Shown here in pieces: positions 1 through 8,675 of a stretch of DNA of 64,000 bases (the first letter of the stretch is position 1; each line of letters starts with the position of its first letter). The notes under the pieces are model-generated. The model made no database searches. It was given only the letters and a program-made list of their open reading frames with translations, and was not told the DNA's origin. Location: assembly GCA_963662465.1 (NCBI GenBank), contig OY759599.1, positions 3,872,001-3,936,000 of the forward strand, read 5' to 3'. The translations under genes and the position numbers were made by a program. Origin of the DNA: Desulfatiglandales bacterium. GTDB lineage: Bacteria > Desulfobacterota > DSM-4660 > Desulfatiglandales > Desulfatiglandaceae.

Positions 1-1
1 T

Positions 2-562
2 CAGCACGCTTATCCACCGCGACATCAACAGGGGTTTACGATTTTCTGTACAGGTCTATCGGGGGCGGGGAAATCCACCATTGCCAAGGTACTCCATGCC
101 CGTTTTATGGAAATGCGGTCACGCCCGGTGACACTCCTTGACGGGGATGTTGTGCGGACGAATCTTTCCAGTGAATTGGGCTTTTCCAAGGAACATCGGG
201 ACATCAATGTGCGGCGCATCGGCTTTGTGGCCGGTGAAATCACCAAGAACCGCGGCATCGCCATCTGCGCGCCCATTGCGCCCTATACGGCAACACGGCG
301 ACAAATCAGGCGCTTGATTGAAAATTATGGCGGGTTTGTTGAGGTTCATGTGGGAACCTCCCTTGAGGTGTGTGAGCAACGGGACCGAAAAGGGCTTTAC
401 GCCAAGGCGCGGGCCGGCCTTGTCAAGGGCGTGACCGGAATCGATGATCCTTATGAAGCCCCTGAAAACCCGGAAGTTTTTATTGATACATCGGACATGA
501 CGCCCGATGAGTCGGCCCAGGAGGTGCTGCTTTATTTGGAACGGGCGGGATATACAAAATAG
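2..562 (+). CDS. cysC: Adenylyl-sulfate (APS) kinase, C-terminal part of a probable bifunctional sat/cysC (5' partial)
   Basis: Frame is open from position 2: QHAYPPRHQQGFTIFCTGLSGAGKST (P-loop), LLDGDVVR, RDRKGLY, GIDDPYEAP. The PPRHQQGFT linker is typical of sat-cysC fusions. Confidence 0.9.
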   Translation, partial: QHAYPPRHQQGFTIFCTGLSGAGKSTIAKVLHARFMEMRSRPVTLLDGDVVRTNLSSELGFSKEHRDINVRRIGFVAGEITKNRGIAICAPIAPYTATRRQIRRLIENYGGFVEVHVGTSLEVCEQRDRKGLYAKARAGLVKGVTGIDDPYEAPENPEVFIDTSDMTPDESAQEVLLYLERAGYTK

Positions 563-570
563 GGCGTCGT

Positions 571-2202
571 TTACGGTTGCCGGTTGATAGTTTTCGGTTT
601 TTTACCCATGAATTCAAGAATCGCCCGGTATTTGGGGGGTACATCCTGGTCTGAATGTTCCAGGAGGCCCCAGCTTCCCCATTTCCCGTATTGACCCATT
701 GAGGCAAAGGTCGTAAACAGTCCGCCTCCGGCGTTTTGCCATCCCTTCAGGTCTTCCTGGTACAACCGCCCCATTTGGGGATCACGGTTGGCGGCCATGA
801 AAAGGGTTGTGAGCTGTTCGTTATTTTCGGCACCCCCGGTTCCCACCAGATGTTGTCCCCCCTCATAGGCGATGAGATCCAACCCATATTTTCCTGCCAG
901 GGCGGCGTGTTCAGCCACCTTTTTGCGCTGCTTAAGCATGTCTTTCCCGCAGTGATCCAGAATCTGCCCCACCGCCATGCGGCTGACGGCGCTCTGGGTG
1001 TCGGGTTTTCCGAGATGCCCTCCGAAATAGGGTGCAATAGCCAGCGCATCCGCGGATTCATAGGAATTTTCAAAGTCAAGAATTTTTTCGCTGGTCCAGG
1101 GATTGCTGCTTTGAGCCGCCAGGACCCGCACAAGCCGATCATTGCCGCCAAAAGCATCTTTCCATATGGTAAAAATTTCTTTTGCGCGTTTGGCATAGAA
1201 AAAAAGGGAAGCTTCAAATGGATTTTCGCTGAATCCCATCCCTTGTCCCACCCGGGCGGCATAATGGGCTTGTTTAAACTGGAAATTCCACACTTCGTTG
1301 CTGTATTCCACGTAAATCTTCAGGGAGGGGTCCAGTTTTTCCTTCACCATTTTAGCAAAATTTTCCACATAGTCGTGGGATGCTTCGTGGGGCATGCAGA
1401 ACCATGGATTGGCCTTGAGCGTATTGGCCAGCAGGATCATGTATTCGAGGGCGACGCCCTTATCCCCGCCCTGGGTTTGCATATGGATGGTGGGTCGTTG
1501 ATCCCAGGTTTCAACCACGGAATTGTTGGTGCGCATCCAGTCCATAAAACGGATCACTGTAAATCCTTTCCATCGTTTCAGAAACTCCGGATGGAAGATC
1601 TGCTTTTCATGGGTGTTTTCGAATCCCGGCATGACGAGGCGAATATTGCGAATGGGATTATCCGGGTTTGTTTCCGCAATCCTGAGAAGGATGCCTCGCT
1701 TTGAAGGGCTGACGTCAAGCGCAATGCGTCCTTTTCGACGCTCTTTTATTTTTCCGTCAAAGCCGAATTCAATTCTTCCCTCTCCATCATAGAAACAAAT
1801 ATATTCCCCTGCTGGATAGTGCCCCCCGGCCCTGCACATGACGGTATCCGCCCATTGACCGGGGCTGAGCTGTTTGAGCCATCCGTTTGAATCCAGAAGC
1901 AATTGACCGCCTTTACCATACGGGGCCCCCTTCATCTGTGCCTGAAAAAACTGTGATTGTTTGAAGATATCCACAAAAGGGTTTTCCGCTGACCAGTAGC
2001 ATACGGACGTCAGGTTGATCCCCATGGGGAAGGCCTCATCGGCCGGTTTTTCCGCTGATGCCAAAGCGAAGGGGAGCAAGGTTAGAAGGATGGTGAACAG
2101 AGGTCGGAAGTCGGAGGTCGGAAGTCGGAAAACTGACCTCTGACCTCTGACCTCTGACCTCCGACCTCTAACCTCTGATCTCTGACCTCTGACCTCTCTC
2201 AT
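571..2202 (-). CDS. Secreted glycoside-hydrolase-like protein (often labelled cellulose-binding protein) with heptamer-repeat-encoded termini
   Basis: Signal peptide ending LPFALASA. Motifs IRFMDW, YVEYSNEVWN and IAYEGGQH resemble clan GH-A acid/base and nucleophile motifs. ATGA overlap with the upstream GT4. Confidence 0.7.
   Translation of the reverse strand: MREVRGQRSEVRGRRSEVRGQRSVFRLPTSDFRPLFTILLTLLPFALASAEKPADEAFPMGINLTSVCYWSAENPFVDIFKQSQFFQAQMKGAPYGKGGQLLLDSNGWLKQLSPGQWADTVMCRAGGHYPAGEYICFYDGEGRIEFGFDGKIKERRKGRIALDVSPSKRGILLRIAETNPDNPIRNIRLVMPGFENTHEKQIFHPEFLKRWKGFTVIRFMDWMRTNNSVVETWDQRPTIHMQTQGGDKGVALEYMILLANTLKANPWFCMPHEASHDYVENFAKMVKEKLDPSLKIYVEYSNEVWNFQFKQAHYAARVGQGMGFSENPFEASLFFYAKRAKEIFTIWKDAFGGNDRLVRVLAAQSSNPWTSEKILDFENSYESADALAIAPYFGGHLGKPDTQSAVSRMAVGQILDHCGKDMLKQRKKVAEHAALAGKYGLDLIAYEGGQHLVGTGGAENNEQLTTLFMAANRDPQMGRLYQEDLKGWQNAGGGLFTTFASMGQYGKWGSWGLLEHSDQDVPPKYRAILEFMGKKPKTINRQP
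573..600. repeat. Degenerate 7-bp tandem repeat (ACGGTTG/CCGGTTG/ATAGTTT/TCGGTTT)
   Basis: Four units with 7-bp period encode the C-terminal KPKTINRQP of the 571-2202 protein. Confidence 0.5.
2099..2196. repeat. Bipartite 7-bp tandem repeat: about 4x GGAA/GGTC plus 9x TGACCTC in opposite orientation
   Basis: 2099-2126 AGAGGTC GGAAGTC GGAGGTC GGAAGTC; 2134-2196 nine TGACCTC-like units. Confidence 0.9.
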
Positions 2203-3467
2203 TTCCTCACCATCTCCTCGTAGATATCAACAATCCGGTCCGCTTTGGTTTCCCAGTCAAACTCCTTGACCCGTTCAATGGCTTTTTCAGCCATTGCGTG
2301 CCGTAATGTTCTGTTTTCAAACAAAATATGGATTTTATTCGCCAGCTCATTGACCAGAAATTCCCTTGAAGTGGGTTTGATTTTAAATCCGGTTTCTTCC
2401 GTGACATATTCTCCCAGACCCGCATGATCGGCAACGATGCATGGAAGACCGCCGGCCATGGCCTCAAGGGCGACAGCGCCGCCGAATTCCCTGACCGACG
2501 GAAAACAGAAAACATCCGATTGACGGTAATACCGCAGCGTTTCTTTCTGATCGATCCAGCCCGTGAAGGAGACCGTTTGGTTCAGACCCAGATCACGAAC
2601 CTGTCTTTCCAGCGTTTCCCTTTCAGAACCGTCTCCCACAATGGTGAAATGAACCCGTTTCCTGATCCGCCGATCCAGGCGGCTGATGGCGTCTATGGCC
2701 ATATCCGCTCCCTTGTAGGGCACCAGACGACCCACAAAGAGCAGTTCCAGCGTTTCCCCCGTCCGCTGCTGAGGCTTGCCGATGAATTCACGGAGAATGC
2801 CGTTTTCGTAAAAAAGGCTGAACCGCCGGGGGTCGTAACCAAACATATCTTTTAACATCTTCAGCGTGTATGTGGAGCCTGCCAGGACCCTGTCCGCTTT
2901 TTGGTAGGTTTTAGCATAACCGGGTAGCATTCTTGAGAAAATTCTCAGGAAATTAAACTGTGCGAACTCTTTTTTGGCCACATCCGTAAATCCTTCCGGA
3001 AAGGGAACCCCCCCGTTGACCGGCCCCAGCAGGAACGGAACGCTGCGACAGGCCTGAACCATTTTTACCGGATAACGCGGAAGGATGGGAGTCATGGCAT
3101 GAACCAGATCATATTCCCCTTTCATAACGCGTGGTGCGTACCTTTGGTAAACCCGGCGGTTGAATTCTCCATAGATAGGATAGGTAAGTGCGTGCTGAAG
3201 TGGCCAGTTCACCCCCCCCCTGGATGTCAATCGACTGACGAAGCCATAATATTTTTTCAGATGTTTACTTTCATCAATATAGTCGATTCGATGGTCATTC
3301 CTTATTTTTTCCAGCGCCTCCCGGTTCCGCTCATGGGTAACCAGGGTCACTTGAACCCGTTTCCGAATACCCTGGTAAAAGTTGTACCCCACAAGGGGGA
3401 CGGAAGCCCATTCAGGATTGCATTGTTCCATAATCAACAATACATGCAACATTTCGGGTGTTTTCAT
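2199..3467 (-). CDS. Glycosyltransferase family 4
   Basis: LFVGRLVPYKG, FCFPSVREFGGAVALEAMAGGLP (EX7E motif); AAGGAG RBS before ATG 3467. Confidence 0.9.
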   Translation of the reverse strand: MKTPEMLHVLLIMEQCNPEWASVPLVGYNFYQGIRKRVQVTLVTHERNREALEKIRNDHRIDYIDESKHLKKYYGFVSRLTSRGGVNWPLQHALTYPIYGEFNRRVYQRYAPRVMKGEYDLVHAMTPILPRYPVKMVQACRSVPFLLGPVNGGVPFPEGFTDVAKKEFAQFNFLRIFSRMLPGYAKTYQKADRVLAGSTYTLKMLKDMFGYDPRRFSLFYENGILREFIGKPQQRTGETLELLFVGRLVPYKGADMAIDAISRLDRRIRKRVHFTIVGDGSERETLERQVRDLGLNQTVSFTGWIDQKETLRYYRQSDVFCFPSVREFGGAVALEAMAGGLPCIVADHAGLGEYVTEETGFKIKPTSREFLVNELANKIHILFENRTLRHAMAEKAIERVKEFDWETKADRIVDIYEEMVRK

Positions 3468-3532
3468 GTCCACTCTCCTTTGCGGTCTGTTATAAAACGG
3501 GTATCACCTGGTCACGGGACCGGATAGGGTTT

Positions 3533-4492
3533 TTAAGAAACCCTTATGGGTGATGTAAACCGGTCTGTTTTCTTTATTTTTGAAAAAGGCGAACCTGCCA
3601 TGATGTCAAAGGCTGGTTTTAATTCAGGCTCCGGGGTAACGGTGGGAAGGTGCATTTCGGACGCGGAATTCAAAACAGATGGAAGTTCAGTTTCAATAGG
3701 AGCAATGCCTTCCGGCACCGGTTTCACCATATCCCATTCGGAAAATTCCAACTCGTGAGCTTGAGAATCCCTGGATGTTTCTACCATTACCGCTGCCTGT
3801 TCCAGCGAAACTATCCCTTTGGGTTGTGGCTTTTTGAGAAACCTTTTGGGTGATAAATGATCTCCTGCAATGACCCAACCCAAATACCCCAGAGCAAGCA
3901 ACAACATCAAAATCATCATTTTTGCACGCCATTTTTTTAAGATCCCCGGGCTGACATGGGGCGTTTCAGAAACGGATTGCGGAACCTGCATTTCCGCTTT
4001 TGTTTCCCTTTCATCGGTCTGGATAATTTTTTCTTCTGCTCGGTCGTTAAATACATGAAAGGCGTTATGGTTTTTGCCCCTGTATTTGAATTGGCCGGTC
4101 CGAAAGAAAAAACGAATGGCCAGGGCCAGAACGATGCCGATAATAGCACCGATATTGTTGGCAATCATGTCCCCGGGGGAAAAATTTCGGCCCGGCACGT
4201 ATTTTTGAAATATTTCCAGCAAAAACCCTAAAGGCGCAATAAAGGTTGAGACCATGAGGCCCATTCGAATGGAAGGGAAAAAGGCCGCAGGGTAGAAAGA
4301 TAACAGCATAAACGTCACCACGCGCGCTGCTTTATCCCGGCCAAACCCGGAATCCATCTCGGAAAGACCGGCCTGGGGTATCAGGGAGGCGACAACCATC
4401 GCAAAGAGTCCGCCGAACCACAAGAGAATCAGCGGATTAGACAACATCCCCTTGAAATAGGCCGCAGGGCTTCTATGTTCTTTTTTTTCCAT
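3533..4492 (-). CDS. VanZ-family membrane protein with extra TM segment and low-complexity tail
   Basis: DKAAR...LEIFQKYVPGRNFSPGDMIANNIG matches the VanZ E..Q...PGR..S..D..AN motif. Confidence 0.7.
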   Translation of the reverse strand: MEKKEHRSPAAYFKGMLSNPLILLWFGGLFAMVVASLIPQAGLSEMDSGFGRDKAARVVTFMLLSFYPAAFFPSIRMGLMVSTFIAPLGFLLEIFQKYVPGRNFSPGDMIANNIGAIIGIVLALAIRFFFRTGQFKYRGKNHNAFHVFNDRAEEKIIQTDERETKAEMQVPQSVSETPHVSPGILKKWRAKMMILMLLLALGYLGWVIAGDHLSPKRFLKKPQPKGIVSLEQAAVMVETSRDSQAHELEFSEWDMVKPVPEGIAPIETELPSVLNSASEMHLPTVTPEPELKPAFDIMAGSPFSKIKKTDRFTSPIRVS

Positions 4493-4529
4493 AAAAAGAC
4501 CAAAAAAACGCTAGAGAGAGAGTTTTTTC

Positions 4530-4642
4530 GTATCCTATTCAAAAACCATGGTAAAAATCATTTTTGATTTGCAAAAAGGCTTTATTTACAAGCAGTTATG
4601 TTTTTGCAAACTGCTCGTTACCAGGGAATTTGAATAGGATAC
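4530..4642. mobile_element. 113-bp IS66-family MITE
   Basis: TIRs GTATCCTATTCAAAAACCATGGTAA and revcomp GTATCCTATTCAAATTCCCTGGTAA (22/25). Perfect 8-bp TSD GTTTTTTC at 4522-4529 and 4643-4650. Confidence 0.85.
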
Positions 4643-4655
4643 GTTTTTTCTAATT

Positions 4656-6482
4656 TCATACACGTCTTACCCATTTCTCTTCCGTATGGATGTAGCCTTC
4701 ATCCAGGCTATCCTCACCCGGTTTCTTTTGAAGATCATCGGGAGATGCTGTTTCTTCCTGAACACGTAATTTGCGGGACATTTGCTCGGTTTTATTTTTT
4801 CCGGGATCCGTAAGATTTCTTGGACCTCGGTACCGTGATTCCCTTTTTTCTGTTTCACCCCTGGCGGTTTTCATTTTGAGTAAGGGGAAAGATCCCGTGA
4901 TCTGTTTCAGTCTTTGCAAAAACCGGGGTTCGGAATTTTCACTTTGAAGTGCTGCAAGCCCGAACCTCATGGTATAGCCGCGAGCGCCGTCGGACATTTC
5001 CTGATTGAGCAGCGGTCGAATTCCCAGTTCCGCGGCCATGCCGCCTTCTGCTGTTTTTCGAAAACGGACGGACCCCAAAGTCGGTTGCGGTTGAGGCGCC
5101 ACTTCTGATGGGGTCGAATGATCCCGCAATCTCCCCTTTTCAGATACGGCCTGTCCTTCCAGTCTCCCAATGCCGTATTGGGCCAGCATGCCCGCCGTAC
5201 CCCCCGCGAAAATAATATAAGCCTGGTTGACCATGGCATTTAACATGCAATCAATCATAAACAAAAGGGGGATAATACACAACACGGCAGTTGGCGAAAA
5301 TTCCGGCTTTCCCCACAGTTTAGCCGGACATTTAAGCAAAAAGAGAAGCGCCGGCAGAATCATTGCCAATGTGATAGAGAAAAGGCCGAAATAGCCCCGG
5401 GTTCCCAGGGTAATAATCCAAAACCCATCGGTAACACTCATGTCTTCACCGGTTTCTTCATCATAGACCCGTGATCGCCCCCATCCGCCCCATCCAAAAA
5501 GAGGTTTCTCCAGCGCTTTTTCCACCAGGATATTTTCATTGTCAAACCTGAACTGAAGGGAAGCGGCGCGATCCGCACTGAATTTTTCCGTGATCAAATC
5601 GCACAGGTTCTGACCGTCCCAGTATCCCGTGGCCCTTGTACCGACATAGGCTGGGGGAATCATGAGCAGCACCCACACCAGCACTGAAAACTTGAGTTTT
5701 GAGGTCACCATCAGAACCAGAAGCCCAATGATGCACAACCCAATGGCGCCGGATGATTTGCAGGCAATGGCAACGCACAGCAGAACGACTACCAGCAGAA
5801 GGGTTGGCGTGTGCCACATTTTCTTGGGAAACACCCGGGTCCAGGTACACCATAGCCCCACCAGAGCCGCCATGCACATCCATGTCCCCAGCATAATGCC
5901 GTGTTCCATAAAGACCATGGGTCGATATCCGTCTCCCCGCATGACCTGTGCAAAGGAATGCTGCATATAACCGTAGACAATGGCATGAGACTGAGGGCTC
6001 ATTTTGAGTTCAAAAAGCACAAAGGGGATATAGATCAGCCCCGCCGCGAAAGTGGATCGGCATAAAAGCCTCATCCCCTCGGCGCTTGAAAAGTAGATGC
6101 GGCCGGCAATATAGGGAATCCCCCATGTGGTGAATGTGTTGAAGCATTCCTGGAGCCCATCTTTAACCCCCAGCCCATTGGTAACGGATGCCGGAAAACC
6201 GGAAAAAATCCACAGGATCATGGGAATATCCACGGGGCTGATGGAAATGTTTTCCAGCTTTTCCGGGTTAAACACTTTTATGGCGATCATCACCCCAATG
6301 GCCGTTGCGGTCATCTTGTTGTAAAGGATGAGCGGAATGGGCAACTTTTCCATGGGAAGAAACATGAGTGCGCCGAAAAAAGCAATGACGACGGCCTGCT
6401 CCGGTTTATACTTTGAAAAAAGATACAGAACCATCGGAATGCAGCCGTAAAGAGCAAGTAAACAGATAATGTTGCCGCGCAT
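4656..6482 (-). CDS. O-antigen ligase / Wzy-like polysaccharide polymerase with long hydrophilic C-tail
   Basis: Many TM helices; YRPMVFMEHG, SLQFRFDNENIL...KPLFGWGGWGR, TDGFWII. Confidence 0.75.
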   Translation of the reverse strand: MRGNIICLLALYGCIPMVLYLFSKYKPEQAVVIAFFGALMFLPMEKLPIPLILYNKMTATAIGVMIAIKVFNPEKLENISISPVDIPMILWIFSGFPASVTNGLGVKDGLQECFNTFTTWGIPYIAGRIYFSSAEGMRLLCRSTFAAGLIYIPFVLFELKMSPQSHAIVYGYMQHSFAQVMRGDGYRPMVFMEHGIMLGTWMCMAALVGLWCTWTRVFPKKMWHTPTLLLVVVLLCVAIACKSSGAIGLCIIGLLVLMVTSKLKFSVLVWVLLMIPPAYVGTRATGYWDGQNLCDLITEKFSADRAASLQFRFDNENILVEKALEKPLFGWGGWGRSRVYDEETGEDMSVTDGFWIITLGTRGYFGLFSITLAMILPALLFLLKCPAKLWGKPEFSPTAVLCIIPLLFMIDCMLNAMVNQAYIIFAGGTAGMLAQYGIGRLEGQAVSEKGRLRDHSTPSEVAPQPQPTLGSVRFRKTAEGGMAAELGIRPLLNQEMSDGARGYTMRFGLAALQSENSEPRFLQRLKQITGSFPLLKMKTARGETEKRESRYRGPRNLTDPGKNKTEQMSRKLRVQEETASPDDLQKKPGEDSLDEGYIHTEEKWVRRV

Positions 6483-6483
6483 G

Positions 6484-8673
6484 TCAAGATCCTGATTTAA
6501 ATGAATCTTCCCGGTTGCCAAGCCGGTCCAGAATAAATTTAAAGGAAGGTTTCTTCAGAAATTTTTCCAGTTTGGTGGTGTATTTTGCCCCACCCCAGTT
6601 GAGTACCGAAGCCATGGCCGGGATTTCCAGCCGCATGAAAAACTGAGCAATTTCCCGAACCGAACGATACAGGGTGCGGTCCCCCTGAATGACCATGATG
6701 ACCACATCCGCATGCATGGCGAGATACTCGGTAAAATCACTTTTCATGATCTGAGTAGAGTCGATGAGGACAATATCGAAGTTCTTTTTAACTTCGGCTA
6801 AAACAGACTGAAATACCAGACTGGCCTCAAGCGCATAGGCGGGCTCTGATGAAAAAATGAAGTTAACGTTCCGTTCGTAATCCGTGTAAATGGCATCATC
6901 AATGGTTACCTTTCCGGTCAGGACATCAGAAAATCCAGGGTGCTCAGGAGGAATAGCCAGCAGCTTTCTCAGGGTAGGATGGGCACTGGTGGCTTCGATG
7001 ATCAGAACGCTGGGCAGCATCTGCCCCAGGTGATGGGCGGTGTTCAAAATGATTTCAGTGGTGCCGCTTTGATGGTCCACCCCGTTAAAGAGAAAGAGTT
7101 TGGTATTATTGCGTACGGAATCGCGGTGCAACCGTAATGCCAGACTTCGCAATGCTTTGCTGGTGACCGATTCCGGCGCATCCAGGGTCACCCTTGCAAA
7201 GGAAACCCCTTGGGGCGCCCTCGATATGGGCCATGTGGCGGGATATCCCAGTGCACTGACAATATTTTTGGGGCTTGTAATGCGATTATCCATGAATTCG
7301 ATGATGAACAGGATAAATGTGATCAACCCAAAGGGCAATGCCAGACAGACCATAAAAAGGGTTTTGGCATTACTCCCGGCCTGGGAATTGGGTTTTCGCG
7401 CCTTAGTGGAAATGGATACGCGACTGGCCACATTGGACTGAACCACCAGCTCATTGATTCGGGATTCATACTTGAACTGGAGTTCCCGCATATGCCTTAA
7501 CTCCGCCTGAATCTGTTCCCCCAGGATGAGCCGTTCCGAATTGGTTGCCGCCTCATCCTTGGCGGCCTGCAATCGCAAATGGATATCCGCCATGGATGTT
7601 TTAATGCTTTCATATTGCGCTTTCGCCTCAATCAGCTTTTTTTCCAGATCATATTCCCGTTCGCCGTAGATGACCTTCCTTGCCAGTTCACGAACTTCCT
7701 CCGTCATGTCCAGCTCATACTGGCGCATGGATTTCATTCGTTCCTCGGTGTATTTTCGTTCCCTGTTTTCCGAGGTCAATCCATCAAGGCTGGATCGCAT
7801 CTCCTGCATCTTCTGATAGGTCCAGGACTGGGTCGAATCAAGCCCCCAGTCGTTGGCAACCATTTTTTCCACCTGGGGTTCCATTGAAAGCTTTGAAATT
7901 TCATTCTTTTCCTTGGTCCGTTGCCCATAAAGATGTTCCGCATCCACCAGTTGCAGATAGAGCTTCACATAGGCATGCTGGAGTTGCTCCGCCCGTTTGA
8001 AATAGAAGTTAAAGGCTTCACTGAAACTGCTGGTATTGGTCAATTTGGCCAACTCCTGAAGTCGGGTCTGTTTTTCAAGAATCTGATTTTTCAGTACATT
8101 ACGCTCCGAGCGAAGGTAGTCAAGACGCAGGTCATTCTGGGCCCGCTTCTCCGAGTCAACGGTTTTCTTGTATACCATCATGATATTGTTTAAAGTGGCG
8201 GCAAGCCCCTCAGGTTTATCCCCCTGAATGGCCAGGTCAATAAGATACGTGCGACTAACCGGTTTAATATAGAGTCTCCCAGCCAGCAAAACAGCGCAGG
8301 CTCTCGAGGAAAAACCTCTTGGGAAAAGGGCGTTTTTCTGTTCAGGCGTCAGTATGTCGATGGCTTTTTCAAGAATCTTCAAATCTCGCAGGCGCATGGC
8401 CTGGGTCTGGGTAAAATCCTTGTATTGCATCAGGATCGAACTTTCTTCCCCTTTTCCGATGATGGATTGGACCACAGGCTCGATTTTCAGACAGGCGGAA
8501 GCTTTATAGAAAGGCTTGATGCCCAGAAGGGCAAAAGGCGCCAGCAGGGTAAAACCGAAATTACCCATAACAAAAATGATAACGATATTGCGGGAAAAGA
8601 ACCTGACAATATCAATGGGCTTGTTTTTTTTGGTCCCCGGAAGAAGCGCCCCGTCACTGCCTGCCATTGCCAT
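6484..8673 (-). CDS. Wzc/GumC-like polysaccharide co-polymerase with degenerate kinase-like domain
   Basis: TM, periplasmic coiled coil, TM (MDNRITSP), then a P-loop-like domain (GVDHQSGTT; FDIVLIDS). Confidence 0.75.
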   Translation of the reverse strand: MAMAGSDGALLPGTKKNKPIDIVRFFSRNIVIIFVMGNFGFTLLAPFALLGIKPFYKASACLKIEPVVQSIIGKGEESSILMQYKDFTQTQAMRLRDLKILEKAIDILTPEQKNALFPRGFSSRACAVLLAGRLYIKPVSRTYLIDLAIQGDKPEGLAATLNNIMMVYKKTVDSEKRAQNDLRLDYLRSERNVLKNQILEKQTRLQELAKLTNTSSFSEAFNFYFKRAEQLQHAYVKLYLQLVDAEHLYGQRTKEKNEISKLSMEPQVEKMVANDWGLDSTQSWTYQKMQEMRSSLDGLTSENRERKYTEERMKSMRQYELDMTEEVRELARKVIYGEREYDLEKKLIEAKAQYESIKTSMADIHLRLQAAKDEAATNSERLILGEQIQAELRHMRELQFKYESRINELVVQSNVASRVSISTKARKPNSQAGSNAKTLFMVCLALPFGLITFILFIIEFMDNRITSPKNIVSALGYPATWPISRAPQGVSFARVTLDAPESVTSKALRSLALRLHRDSVRNNTKLFLFNGVDHQSGTTEIILNTAHHLGQMLPSVLIIEATSAHPTLRKLLAIPPEHPGFSDVLTGKVTIDDAIYTDYERNVNFIFSSEPAYALEASLVFQSVLAEVKKNFDIVLIDSTQIMKSDFTEYLAMHADVVIMVIQGDRTLYRSVREIAQFFMRLEIPAMASVLNWGGAKYTTKLEKFLKKPSFKFILDRLGNREDSFKSGS

Positions 8674-8675
8674 TG

